DNA of 64,000 nt from an uncultured Trueperaceae bacterium (GCA_963799485.1 CAWCXJ010000013.1:384001-448000); one strand, 5' to 3'. Positions 20,363 through 32,372 are shown, counted from the first letter of the stretch. Translations and numbers: made by a program. The notes: generated by a model not told the origin, from the letters alone.

Positions 20363-21223
20363 TAGCAATTACCGGAGTAATTGAGCTAAAGATAAAGTGA
20401 TGAAGGCTTATTGATTTGGATTTACGCGAACGTATCGTTGAGGCAAAAGCTGGCGGTCTGTCTATCAGACAGACCGCCAAACGCTTTAAGGTAAGTTGTG
20501 CAAGTGTCAAACGTTTTGTCAGGCTGGAGCGGGAAGCAGGAAGCTTAAAAGCAAAGCGGCGACCTGGTAAACAACCGCTCCTGAACGATGAAGCACTGAG
20601 TGTTTTAGAGAAGCAGGTCCGGGAACGAAACGATCTAAGCTTGGCTGAGCATTGCCGGGAACTTGAACAGCGCAGCGGTTTACGAGTAAGCGTCACAACG
20701 CTGCAGCGCAGCTTGGGGCGGCTAAGCATCACGAGAAAAAAAGACGAAACACCCGCGTGAGCGCGATGGACAAGCAAGGCGAACTAGGCTCACGAGGGCC
20801 GGCCGAAGGTTGCCCGTTCTAGATGGCTGGTCAGAGGTGATTCAGTCCATACCCAGACCTTTGGCACTTACCGCGAGCATATCCTGTACCCTACGCTGTT
20901 TTCAGGGCAGATCGTAATCCTCGGTCCGAGCGTAGCGAGAACACAACGTAACAACTACAGCATCCATACCGACAGCAGGATTCGTGAACTCATCGAAGCA
21001 AAAGGCTGCACACTGCTCTTTTTGCCAACTTAACCCACCTGACCTGACGCCTATCGAAAACGCCTTTTCTAAGATCAAGGCGCTGCTTAGGCGAGCGAAA
21101 GCTACAACTCGAGAGGTGCTATCCCAGGCTGTTAGAGCTGTCTGTGATGCTATTTCTCTTCAAGACATTCTCAGTTGGTTCGGTAACTGTGGCTACTTGG
21201 GTCATTATCTGTGAAAACTGCTA
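20363..21223 (+). mobile_element. Degenerate IS630-family element (internal deletion, two micro-insertions)
   Basis: TA-flanked ends TAGCAATT / TAGCAGTT; MKAY..DLRERIV N-terminus with a stop; A7 slippery site; GQIVIL-DN and PDLTPIENAFSKIKALLR motifs. Confidence 0.85.
20781..20822. repeat. 42-bp micro-element, copy A
   Basis: 38/42 identical to the outer parts of 59318-59410. Confidence 0.8.
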
Positions 21224-21482
21224 TAGCAGCTCGCACCAGCTCTGGTGAGCTTTCAGTAGCCGCAGTAACTGGCTACGTTCCGGCAAACCTGCAAAAAGGC
21301 CGTCATAATCTCGTTTGAGCCAACGGTAAAAAGTTCTAAAATGAGTCCCTTTAAGCGCAAACAAGATACCGATAGTCACCAGTTCACCCGGGTACAGCTT
21401 GGCTTGCGGGTGCTTGGACAAAGGTGGTAGTTGCTCATCAACTTGATAGAAGATATGGATGATAATGTCCTCGGTAGCCATG
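21221..21482 (-). pseudogene. IS982-like transposase N-terminal fragment
   Basis: EDIIIHIFYQVDE...KHPQAKLYPGELVTIGILFALKG...LPERSQLLRL; cut at the IS630 end. Confidence 0.6.
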
Positions 21483-21509
21483 AACAGCCTCCATATGAGC
21501 TTGAACACC

Positions 21510-22000
21510 TAATCTTGCCCCGTTTTCCCGGAAAGGTAGTTAAGCAGCTTGCATGAAGTGTACCCTTTCAAAATCGTGGGGGGATGAAAAGCCCAGAGCG
21601 GAGTGCCTGCGCTTGGCGTTGTAAAAGCCCTCGAGGTAGCTGAAGATGCCGGTTCTAGCCTGCTGACGGGTTTCATAATTTGCGGCAACCTCATCAGTGT
21701 TAAGCGTAGCGAGAACGACTCGACAACTGCATTCTCATAACAACTGCCCTTATCCGACATGCTTTGCTGGAAGCCGTTCACGTTTAATTCGGCTCTAAAG
21801 GCGCGGCTGGCGTACTGAGTGCCCTGATCCGAATGGTGTGAAAGTGCAGTGGTAGCAGTCCGCTGCCGGGTTGCCAGCGACAGCGCTGAAAGCGTTAGGT
21901 CATCTGTCAACCTCTCTGAGAACGCCCAGCCTACAACCCTGCGGCTAAATAGGTCGAGCGTCACGGCGAGGTAAAGCCAGCCCTCAGCTGTCGAGATATA
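21510..22000 (-). pseudogene. IS3-family transposase C-terminal fragment with right end
   Basis: EGWLYLAVTLDLFSRRVVGW, HHSDQGTQY, ENAVVESF; frameshifted tail YLEGFYNAKRRHSALG; end resembles an IS3 right IR. Confidence 0.85.
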
Positions 22001-22062
22001 GAGGGTGTTTGAAAAATAACCCCCACTCGTGTTTGAGTGGGGGTTGATGATCAAACACCCTC
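22001..22062. mobile_element. 62-bp MITE-like palindromic element
   Basis: GAGGGTGTTTGA...TCAAACACCCTC terminal IR, inner AACCCCCACTC/GAGTGGGGGTT stem, TA on both sides. Confidence 0.75.
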
Positions 22063-22064
22063 TA

Positions 22065-22264
22065 AGTGGATTGCACGCCGCCATCTGCGCCACCTTGCAA
22101 CCTCCGCTACCAATGATCCCCCACACGCACGCGTCAAACCCTAGCCCGAGACGGCGATCTTGCAGAAGTGTTTTATAAGGGCGCGTAAACTCTGCTAGGG
22201 CTGACGCTGAAACCGCTCTTTTCTGTTCCATCTGAGACTATACAGACTTTTGTCCGGGTTTCAG
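22065..22264 (-). pseudogene. Transposase N-terminal fragment with IS end (IS4-like)
   Basis: End CTGAAACCCGGACAAAAG resembles the 62055 end; TATAGT -10 then ATG; LLQDRRL...GIIGSG fragment. Confidence 0.45.
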
Positions 22265-22300
22265 TTTTTTCGCTTGACTTTTAACACAGCATCTCTAGTG

Positions 22301-24346
22301 TTACTGCACCGCGACCGGCGCCGCTTCCGGCGCGAACAGTATCCAGCGCTTAAACGGCGTCAGATCGACCTCGATTCCGGTCGTGCTCACGAACGCAAAG
22401 CCGCCTTTGGGCGTCCAGCTGCCGGGGATTACTTTGCCGCGCAGGTAAAGCGTCGCTTCACCGCCGCTGTAGGGCAGGTAAAGACGCCCCTCGGGGTCGT
22501 CCGGGTAGGGAAACGCAACAACGCGGGCGACGACTACGGCGTCGGCGGTGACGGCTTCTTGCACCGCGTCGGTGGCTTCCGCGCCGCTCCTGACCCAGCG
22601 GTATCGGTCTAAGTCGGGCAGGTAGCGAAAGCCGCTCGAGTAGTCCGCCGAATAGTTTACGGTGACAGCAGCAGCGTTCGGCGCGTCTCCGGGCGGGGTG
22701 TAGAGCGTGCCGTTGACGCTGTTTTGCAGGCGACCTACCGCGTCCCGCAGGGCGGTTCCGGTAGAAAAGGTGCTGTGCGGCGCGGCGCGGTCGGGGGCTT
22801 GGGCGAACAGGTCACCTTGTTGCAAGGCGTCTAAAGTCGGCAGACCTTGCGAAGCGATACGCCCGACCGTACTTGGTGCGCCGCCGACGTGAACGAGGGT
22901 GCCGTTCATGGCTAGGGCGGCCTCGAGAAAATAGTCGCGGGCACTCCGAATGGGCCCGACCTGGGCGGGGTCGCCTTTGGTGTAGACGCTCATAAGCCGC
23001 GTTAGACCACCCTCGACGGGCATTTCAAAGACGCTCGAGGCCTCGACCAATCCTTGCTGCGGATAGGCGGCGTCGGCGTTGTCGAGAAGCACCGCGAGGG
23101 GTTTCTCGAGGGTGACTTCAAAGTTCTGGACGTTGGCGACGCCTGCGGGTGCCGTTCCTGCTCCGTCCGACGCTGCGCCCTGTCCGTCAGCAGCCGCCGC
23201 TGTACCTGTTTGGGCGTTGCGGGGACCGTCACCTGCGTCGGCAGCACCTGCGGCGGCTGCCGGGTCGGTTTCCGGCGTCGCGGCAGGGGCAGTCACGACC
23301 GCTTCCGCGTTCGGGGTAACGACCGAAACCGCGTCACCGACGGTAACACCGGGGGTTACGGCGAGCGGCTGCGCTCGACTCACCGAGACCTGGGCTTGCG
23401 GCTCGGGTACGTTCTCACCGGGCGCGACCTCACCGCGGACCGAGGGTTGCGGTACGGCGCGAGCCTGCGCCACGACCGCGCCCGCTTGCGGCTGCGGCAC
23501 GGGCCTCGAGGCAATTTGGGCCGTCGCCGCAGGTTGCGGCAAAGCCTGCGGCGCGCTGACCGCCGCACTCGCCTGCGGTGCAGGTACGTCTCTAGCAGCA
23601 AACTCGACCGCCACATCGGGCTCGGGAATCGCGTTCTCCGCGGTGACTTCGGCCTGGGCTTGCGGCAAGGTGATCGCTTGCAAGGCCAGTTCAGCGGTGA
23701 CCTCGGGGGTCGGCAGCGGTTCGCTCAGGGACACTTCAGCCTGCGGCGTTACGGCAATGCGGCGCTCAGAAGTCACGGCGATCTCGGGGTTGGGCGTGGG
23801 CAGCTCGAGCGCCGGTTGCAGGGGTTGCGGCGCGACCTCGACAGCTTCGATTTCCGGCAGCGTCGTAGCCGGGGGTTCTACGGGGAGCGGCGGCGTCGGC
23901 GCAACTTCCGGGACGCGCGCGGGCGGCGCTTGTTCGGACGGGGGCACGGCTTCGGCAAGTTCTGCCGGGTTTACGGGATTCACAGGTACGGGTACAGGGT
24001 CGGTAGTAGCGTCGGTAGCAACTTCAGGAACGGCTGCGCTTTGAGTCGCAGCGTCTTGGGCAGCGTTACCGGCAACCTGCGAGGTATCCGCTGGCGGGGC
24101 CGCTTCGCCGGTGGCGGCGGCAGGGGTCGCGGGTGCGCCGTTCTGGGGCGGGGTCAGCTCGAGCACCAGCAGTTGCGGCGTCTCCTGGGGCGGCAAGACG
24201 TAAAGCCACACCGCGCCGAGCAGAACGATCGCGTGAATAAGCAGCGACAAAAGAAGCGCACGCCGCCGCTCCCGGTCTCCCCAAAAACCGGCTGAACCGG
24301 AGCGCTCCGAGAGGCCTGAACGTCCGGCTGGTTGACGACCCGCCAA
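22301..24346 (-). CDS. TonB/TolA-like anchored protein with Pro/Ala-rich stalk and C-terminal DUF3048 domain
   Basis: N-terminal TM LLLSLLIHAIVLL (SxxxH); C-terminal PLAVLLDN..AYPQQGL..EMPVEGGLTRL..GPIRSARDYF; TTG start directly after the exbD stop with GGAGG upstream. Confidence 0.85.
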   Translation of the reverse strand: MAGRQPAGRSGLSERSGSAGFWGDRERRRALLLSLLIHAIVLLGAVWLYVLPPQETPQLLVLELTPPQNGAPATPAAATGEAAPPADTSQVAGNAAQDAATQSAAVPEVATDATTDPVPVPVNPVNPAELAEAVPPSEQAPPARVPEVAPTPPLPVEPPATTLPEIEAVEVAPQPLQPALELPTPNPEIAVTSERRIAVTPQAEVSLSEPLPTPEVTAELALQAITLPQAQAEVTAENAIPEPDVAVEFAARDVPAPQASAAVSAPQALPQPAATAQIASRPVPQPQAGAVVAQARAVPQPSVRGEVAPGENVPEPQAQVSVSRAQPLAVTPGVTVGDAVSVVTPNAEAVVTAPAATPETDPAAAAGAADAGDGPRNAQTGTAAAADGQGAASDGAGTAPAGVANVQNFEVTLEKPLAVLLDNADAAYPQQGLVEASSVFEMPVEGGLTRLMSVYTKGDPAQVGPIRSARDYFLEAALAMNGTLVHVGGAPSTVGRIASQGLPTLDALQQGDLFAQAPDRAAPHSTFSTGTALRDAVGRLQNSVNGTLYTPPGDAPNAAAVTVNYSADYSSGFRYLPDLDRYRWVRSGAEATDAVQEAVTADAVVVARVVAFPYPDDPEGRLYLPYSGGEATLYLRGKVIPGSWTPKGGFAFVSTTGIEVDLTPFKRWILFAPEAAPVAVQ

Positions 24347-24757
24347 CTAGTTGCCTCCGGTAGCAATCGCCACGCGCTCGGCACCTGCTTGCTTAATCAA
24401 GTCCATCACCCGCACGGGCAGGCCGTATTCGATACTCTGGTCGGCGCGCATCACCACGGTCGTCGCGCCGCTCGTCTCTAAAATAGGTCTGAGCGACGTG
24501 ATGAGCGTCGCTTCGGTGACCTCGGCGCCAGCCAAATAGATACGCCCTTCGCCGGTGATCGTGACGGTCGGCAAGTCCGAGGTTTGCGCCTGGGTTTGCG
24601 CTTGCGGCAGGTCTACGGGCAGGCCCGACTCGAGCGAGATAAAGGTCGTCGAAACCATAAAAAAAATCACCAGCGTAAAGACCACATCGACCATCGGCGT
24701 GAGGTCTAGCAGCGGCCCCGTTTGGGCAACGGCGCGGTTACGGCGGGCGCGGCTCAT
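24347..24757 (-). CDS. exbD: ExbD/TolR family protein
   Basis: DLTPMVDVVFTLVIFFMV, VDLPQA, RADQSIEYGLPVRVMDLIKQAG; start ATG 24757. Confidence 0.9.
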   Translation of the reverse strand: MSRARRNRAVAQTGPLLDLTPMVDVVFTLVIFFMVSTTFISLESGLPVDLPQAQTQAQTSDLPTVTITGEGRIYLAGAEVTEATLITSLRPILETSGATTVVMRADQSIEYGLPVRVMDLIKQAGAERVAIATGGN

Positions 24758-24794
24758 ACTGTACTCAACCCTGACTCGTTCGTATCTAACTTGT

Positions 24795-25478
24795 TCATAC
24801 GGTGGGCTCGAAGGTATCGGCTTGCGTGGCTTCAGTCCGGCCCGTGCTGCTCCGCGCGGTCTCACGGCCTTTTAACGACACCGCCTGCGCCACGTTCCCC
24901 ATCAGCTCTTCACGGCGACGCTCGAGTTCGACCAAAATCCCCTCGACCCGGCTCGCCAGGTAGCTATGCCCTAAAACGGTCGGGATGGCGACGAAAAGTC
25001 CCGCCGCCGTCGTAATCAGCGCCTGACCGATACCGCCTGCGAGCGCTGCCGGGTCGCCCGTTCCCTGCGACGACACCACTGCAAACGCCTGAATCATCCC
25101 GGTCACGGTTCCCAACAGGCCCAAGAGCGTCGCCACCTGTGCGATAGTCGCCAGCGGACGCAAGCCGCGCGTAAGGTGCTGTTCTTCGCTCAAATACGCT
25201 TCTTGAAAGGCCGCCTCGACTGCCGGACGCCCGTAAGGAATCCGGGCGAGCGCCGCTTTGAGCACGCGCGCGACCGGGCCGCCGTGGTGATCGCAAGCGA
25301 TCATCGCCATCTCGAGGTTTCGGCCCAGCACCGCCGCGTTCACCCGCGCCATCAACCGGTCGGCGTCGGGGCGCTCACGCGAGAGCTTAAAAAGCCGGGT
25401 CAGAAATAAATAAAGGGCGTAAAGTGAGAGCAGTAAAATAACGAGCAGCACCGGGCCGCCACTCAAAAGCAAATCCAT
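24795..25478 (-). CDS. exbB: ExbB/TolQ/MotA proton channel family protein
   Basis: LLGLLGTVTGMIQAF, GIGQALITTAAGLFVAIP. Confidence 0.9.
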   Translation of the reverse strand: MDLLLSGGPVLLVILLLSLYALYLFLTRLFKLSRERPDADRLMARVNAAVLGRNLEMAMIACDHHGGPVARVLKAALARIPYGRPAVEAAFQEAYLSEEQHLTRGLRPLATIAQVATLLGLLGTVTGMIQAFAVVSSQGTGDPAALAGGIGQALITTAAGLFVAIPTVLGHSYLASRVEGILVELERRREELMGNVAQAVSLKGRETARSSTGRTEATQADTFEPTV

Positions 25479-25610
25479 AGTTCACCATCCTAAAAGCCGC
25501 TCGCCTTAAACGCGTGAGAGGGTGCGCGCACAGTTAACCCCCACCCTGAAGGTTCAGTTTACGCTTTTGTACGCGCCGCTACAGCAAATCTGACCTACAA
25601 GCCACGCGGG

Positions 25611-28358
<2,748 letters not shown>

Positions 28359-28505
28359 GGTGAACCATCATGTGCACGTAACAACCGGAGAAACCCGTGC
28401 GTTTTGGAGATTGGATAACATAAGACGATTGTAAAGCTTTTGGGCAGTGAGACGACGAGGCGTCTGTATTTTTCGGAAACTCTGAAAACAACGTCAGGTC
28501 GTCCT

Positions 28506-29279
28506 CTATTCCCCTTCGGGCGCACGCCACTGAATCCGCTCGATAGCCACGGCGCGGCCTCCGGAAAGTGTCAAGTTTACGGCGCACACCGTACCGGGCG
28601 CGTCGGCAGGTTTATAACGTTTAGGGAGTCCGGTGGTAAAGCGGTAGAGCACTTCGTCGAAACGCATCCCGATAGCCGAGTCCTGCACACCAGTCATTCC
28701 GACGTCCGTAAGGTAGGCCGTGCCGCGCTTTATCAGCTCGTCGGCGGTCTGCACGTGCGTGTGCGTGCCGATGACGGCGGCGACCCGGCCCGCCAAAAAC
28801 TCGCCCAGCGCCTTTTTCTCCGAGGTCGCTTCGGCGTGAAAATCGACAATTACGGTGGTGTTCGGCGGCGCGGTCTCCAAAAATTCGTCCAGCGCCCGAA
28901 ACGGGTCGTCTAGAGCGGGTAGGAAAATCCGGCCCATCGCCTGTACGACCGTGACGCGCTCGCCGGTGCGGGCGCTCAGGGTAGTGTATCCGAGCCCCGG
29001 CGCACCCGGCGGGTAGTTGAGCGGGCGGATGAGGCGCGGGGTTTCCTCCAACAGCTCAAACGCCTCGCGCCCGTCCCAGGTGTGGTTGCCGAGCGTCACT
29101 ACGTCCGCCCCGGCGTCTAGGAGGCCGTTGAAGTGTTTTCGGGTAATTCCGAAACCGCCCGCGATGTTTTCGCCGTTGACGATGATAAAATCAAAATCGT
29201 CCCGAACTTCCGCCAGGTAACGCTGCGTGACGGTGTAGCCGGGGGTGCTGAAGACGTCGCCGATAAAAAGAACGTGCAC
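28506..29279 (-). CDS. TIGR00282/YmdB-family metallophosphoesterase
   Basis: FIGDV, NGEN, TLGNH, DFHAEATSEK, GTHTHVQT, TDVGMTG. Confidence 0.92.
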   Translation of the reverse strand: MHVLFIGDVFSTPGYTVTQRYLAEVRDDFDFIIVNGENIAGGFGITRKHFNGLLDAGADVVTLGNHTWDGREAFELLEETPRLIRPLNYPPGAPGLGYTTLSARTGERVTVVQAMGRIFLPALDDPFRALDEFLETAPPNTTVIVDFHAEATSEKKALGEFLAGRVAAVIGTHTHVQTADELIKRGTAYLTDVGMTGVQDSAIGMRFDEVLYRFTTGLPKRYKPADAPGTVCAVNLTLSGGRAVAIERIQWRAPEGE

Positions 29280-29314
29280 AAACTCAAGCTACCACGCGGG
29301 TTTCGCTATGCCGC

Positions 29315-29677
29315 TTAACCGTTCGCCTTGGCAACCGCGTAAAGCTCACGCCACAGGGTTTCATTCCAGCCGATTTCAACCGTGTTACTGCTCCTTAAAA
29401 GCGGTTGTTTGAGCAGGGCCGGAGTTTCCAGCAGGCGCTCTAAAAGCTCATCATCGGACAAGCGGAGGTACCCCAAACCCGAATCTTCGTAAGCCTTTGA
29501 ATCCTTCTCAATCAAGCCGTCTACGCCGACACGCTGCACAAAGCGTTTAAGCTCGCCGGGCGCAGTTTTGCCCGTATTCAGGTCGATAAACTGCGGTTTA
29601 AGCCCGCGCTCCTTAAAAAACCGCAACGCTTTTTTGGTGTCCCTGGACTTTTGCGTACCGAAAACGATCACGTTCAT
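29315..29677 (-). CDS. ArsC/Spx-family protein
   Basis: FGTQKSRDTKKALRFFKER, LLKQPLLR. Confidence 0.8.
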   Translation of the reverse strand: MNVIVFGTQKSRDTKKALRFFKERGLKPQFIDLNTGKTAPGELKRFVQRVGVDGLIEKDSKAYEDSGLGYLRLSDDELLERLLETPALLKQPLLRSSNTVEIGWNETLWRELYAVAKANG

Positions 29678-30002
29678 CTGCCTATAGTAGACGCTGAAGC
29701 GGCGGATGATTGAAGCCGGTAAATCTGTTGGAAGTCACCGGTGAAGACGCTCAACTTACCAAAGGTAAAGCGGGCGGGGTTCAAAGGCCAAGTGAACTTC
29801 GGCCCTCTTTACCCAGGTAGCAGTGGTGATGACAAAAGGTGGTAACAAAAGAGGCGCGTTTGGAGCAGCGCTCACAGACCTACCTGTAACCTTTCCACCG
29901 GTAGCACTCAAAGAGTAGCATTCAGAGCAGGCTCACGAAATCTGCTAAGGAAGCGGCTCGAGCAGGCTCGCAAAACCTTCCGCTAACCGTATTCCAAAGC
30001 CG

Positions 30003-30041
30003 GCCTGAGAAGAGCTTCTGTCTTTCTCAGGCACTTTTTCT
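30003..30041 (+). terminator. Intrinsic terminator-like hairpin
   Basis: GCCTGAGAA...TTCTCAGGC stem followed by a T run. Confidence 0.55.
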
Positions 30042-30163
30042 GCACTGTAACCGCTGCTGTGAAAGCTGTGAAGTAGCATGCTGTGAAATATCCCAGCGAC
30101 GCCTTTACCGGGGCGTTGCTAGACTTTCGGCGTGGCCATTCAGCCGGTAAAGCCAAAACGTAG

Positions 30164-32239
30164 ATGAACCGGCGCGTCGTCGGTGGGTTTGTCGTCCCGC
30201 TGCTCCTAGCTCTTTTTACCTCGCTGGTCGTTTTTCAGATTGTCCGGACGTATAACCGCAACGTCGCCAGCGTCACGGCGGCGAGCCGCACCGCCGGCAA
30301 CCTCAACATCCTGATTAAAACCGTTATCGACGCTGAAACGGGTCAGCGCGGGTTTGCCATTACCGGCAATGAAACGTTTTTAGAACCGTACCGCTCGAGT
30401 ACCGCAGGTTTCGGCGTCGCACTGTCGGCGCTGCGCCGGGCACTCCCCGACGAGCGCAGTCAAAAGACCTTGGGCGCGGTTGAAGCGCTTTTCGAGCGCT
30501 GGCAGCGGGAGGTTGCGGGCGTCGTGATTCAGGCGCGGCGGCGGACGCCGGTAGAGTTTAGCGGCGCGCTAGGAGACGCGGGCGCGGCGCTGACCGAGGC
30601 GCGCGTCGCCGCATTACGTTATGAACTTACCGGTAACCCGATCTTTGTAAGCCGCGCCGAAGTTCGGCTCGAGCGGGCGCAGAATCAGCTGCAGCGGGCG
30701 CTCTTGTCGGGTATTCGGGGTGAAAAGCTGACCGCCGTGCGTGCCGCTGCTGCCCGGCTAGATGAACTTGGCAGCGCGGGGGACGTAGCGGGGGACGTAG
30801 CGCGCACGAACGCTTTGGCGGGCGCGCAAGCGCTCGACGATACGCTCTCCCGGCTGGCGACCGAGGCTGAAACCGCTGAAGCGGGTGTGACCGCGCTGAT
30901 TCGGGCGGGCGCGGGCAAACAGCTTACCGACGAGATTCGCACGCGGGTCGGGGAGCTTTTAGGTGGGGTCAACAACACGCTGGCGCGTACCCTCGAGGCC
31001 GGCAGCACAGGCACCCAAAGAACGCAGTGGGTCGCCTTTTTCGGCCCGCTATTTGCCGCACTGATGAGTTTACTGGTGATTTTGCAGGGACAGCGGCAGC
31101 TCGAGCGTTCAGTCAGGCAGCTCGGCGCGGTCGTCGAGGCGGTCGCGGCGGGGCAGCTCGAGCGCCGCCTCACACTCCCGCCACGCGATGAGCTGTATTC
31201 CTTAGCCGAGAACTTCAACCGTATGGCCGACAGGCTGAGCGAACGCGAAGGGCAAAACGCACAGCTCGGCGAGTTTGGCAACACCTTGCAGACGTGTAAA
31301 ACAGCGGAAGAGGCGTACCGCGTCACTGAGGAGTTTGCGCCGAAGCTGTTCGGGCTGTTTTCCGGGACGCTCTACCGGGTCAGTGAACCGCGCAACGTGT
31401 TAGAGGAGGTCGCACACTGGGGTGGTAAAATAGCGGACGCTACAGCGCCGATCTATACCCTGTCCGACTGCTGGGCGCTGCGCCGGGGCAAGTTACAGGT
31501 TGTCGACGGCGAACGCGGGATCGTCTGCCTGCACGCGCCTGCGCCGACGACAAGCCTCTGCGCGCCCCTGGTAACCCAAAATGAAACCTTGGGCGTGCTT
31601 TACCTCTACGCGCACAACCCGGCAGCGCGGTTTAGCGAGGCAACCGAGCACTTTGTCGGCACGGTTGCCGAACAGCTGGCGCTGGCCCTGTCCAACCTGC
31701 GGCTACGCGAAAGTTTGTTGCAACAGTCCATCCGCGACCCGTTGACCGGCCTTTTTAACCGGCGGCATCTGGAAGAGACGCTGGACCTCGAGCTGCACCG
31801 CGCAGCCCGCAGAGAAGAACCCATCAGCGCCGTTATGTTCGACGTCGACCACTTCAAGCGTTACAACGACCTGCACGGACACGACGCTGGAGACGCCGTC
31901 CTTCGGGCCTTGGGCGGGCTGGTGCAGCGTTACATCCGTGCCGGAGACGTTGCCTGTCGCTACGGGGGTGAGGAGTTTTTACTGCTTCAACCGGGCATGT
32001 CGGCCCACGACGCGCTCGTCCGCGCCGAAACGCTGCGTCAGGCGGTCTCGCTGTTGTCGCTCGAGCATAACGGCGTCGCCCTCGACAACATTACGGTTTC
32101 GTTAGGTATCGCCACCTATCCCGAACACGCGCTGGGCCGCGCGGCGCTCCTCAAACGCGCGGACGAAGCACTTTACGAAGCTAAACGCGCGGGTCGCAAC
32201 CGGGTGGCCGGGGCGGCTGTGAGCAAAGAACCGGCCTGA
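30164..32239 (+). CDS. Membrane diguanylate cyclase (CHASE3-HAMP-GAF-GGDEF)
   Basis: DAETGQRGF (CHASE3), NFNRMA (HAMP), CWALRRG (GAF), DPLTGLFNRR, DVDHFK, RAGD I-site, RYGGEEF. Confidence 0.92.
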   Translation: MNRRVVGGFVVPLLLALFTSLVVFQIVRTYNRNVASVTAASRTAGNLNILIKTVIDAETGQRGFAITGNETFLEPYRSSTAGFGVALSALRRALPDERSQKTLGAVEALFERWQREVAGVVIQARRRTPVEFSGALGDAGAALTEARVAALRYELTGNPIFVSRAEVRLERAQNQLQRALLSGIRGEKLTAVRAAAARLDELGSAGDVAGDVARTNALAGAQALDDTLSRLATEAETAEAGVTALIRAGAGKQLTDEIRTRVGELLGGVNNTLARTLEAGSTGTQRTQWVAFFGPLFAALMSLLVILQGQRQLERSVRQLGAVVEAVAAGQLERRLTLPPRDELYSLAENFNRMADRLSEREGQNAQLGEFGNTLQTCKTAEEAYRVTEEFAPKLFGLFSGTLYRVSEPRNVLEEVAHWGGKIADATAPIYTLSDCWALRRGKLQVVDGERGIVCLHAPAPTTSLCAPLVTQNETLGVLYLYAHNPAARFSEATEHFVGTVAEQLALALSNLRLRESLLQQSIRDPLTGLFNRRHLEETLDLELHRAARREEPISAVMFDVDHFKRYNDLHGHDAGDAVLRALGGLVQRYIRAGDVACRYGGEEFLLLQPGMSAHDALVRAETLRQAVSLLSLEHNGVALDNITVSLGIATYPEHALGRAALLKRADEALYEAKRAGRNRVAGAAVSKEPA

Positions 32240-32372
32240 AAAACAAATAGCAAATTGGGCAAGCAGAGCGTTTTTGTTCTCCCTGCTGCCTTCTCAATTC
32301 TCCCTTCTCTGCACAACTAAGCTTCCAGACAATCAAAGAACACTCCAGAAGCTCAGCTGATATGATAGCCAC

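Noticed and set aside
21703..21716. AGCGTAGCGAGAAC, identical to 14 bp of the 20924 micro-insertion
   Set aside because: Here it is explained by the native IS3 coding sequence (ESF-F-A-T-L with a 1-bp deletion), so not counted as an insertion
21509..22231. 240-aa ORF as a real protein
   Set aside because: Chimera of a transposase N-terminus, a MITE and a frameshifted IS3 fragment
23054..24295. Long plus-strand ORFs (413 and 321 aa) opposite the DUF3048 gene
   Set aside because: Antisense shadows of a GC-rich Pro/Ala-coding region; no motifs
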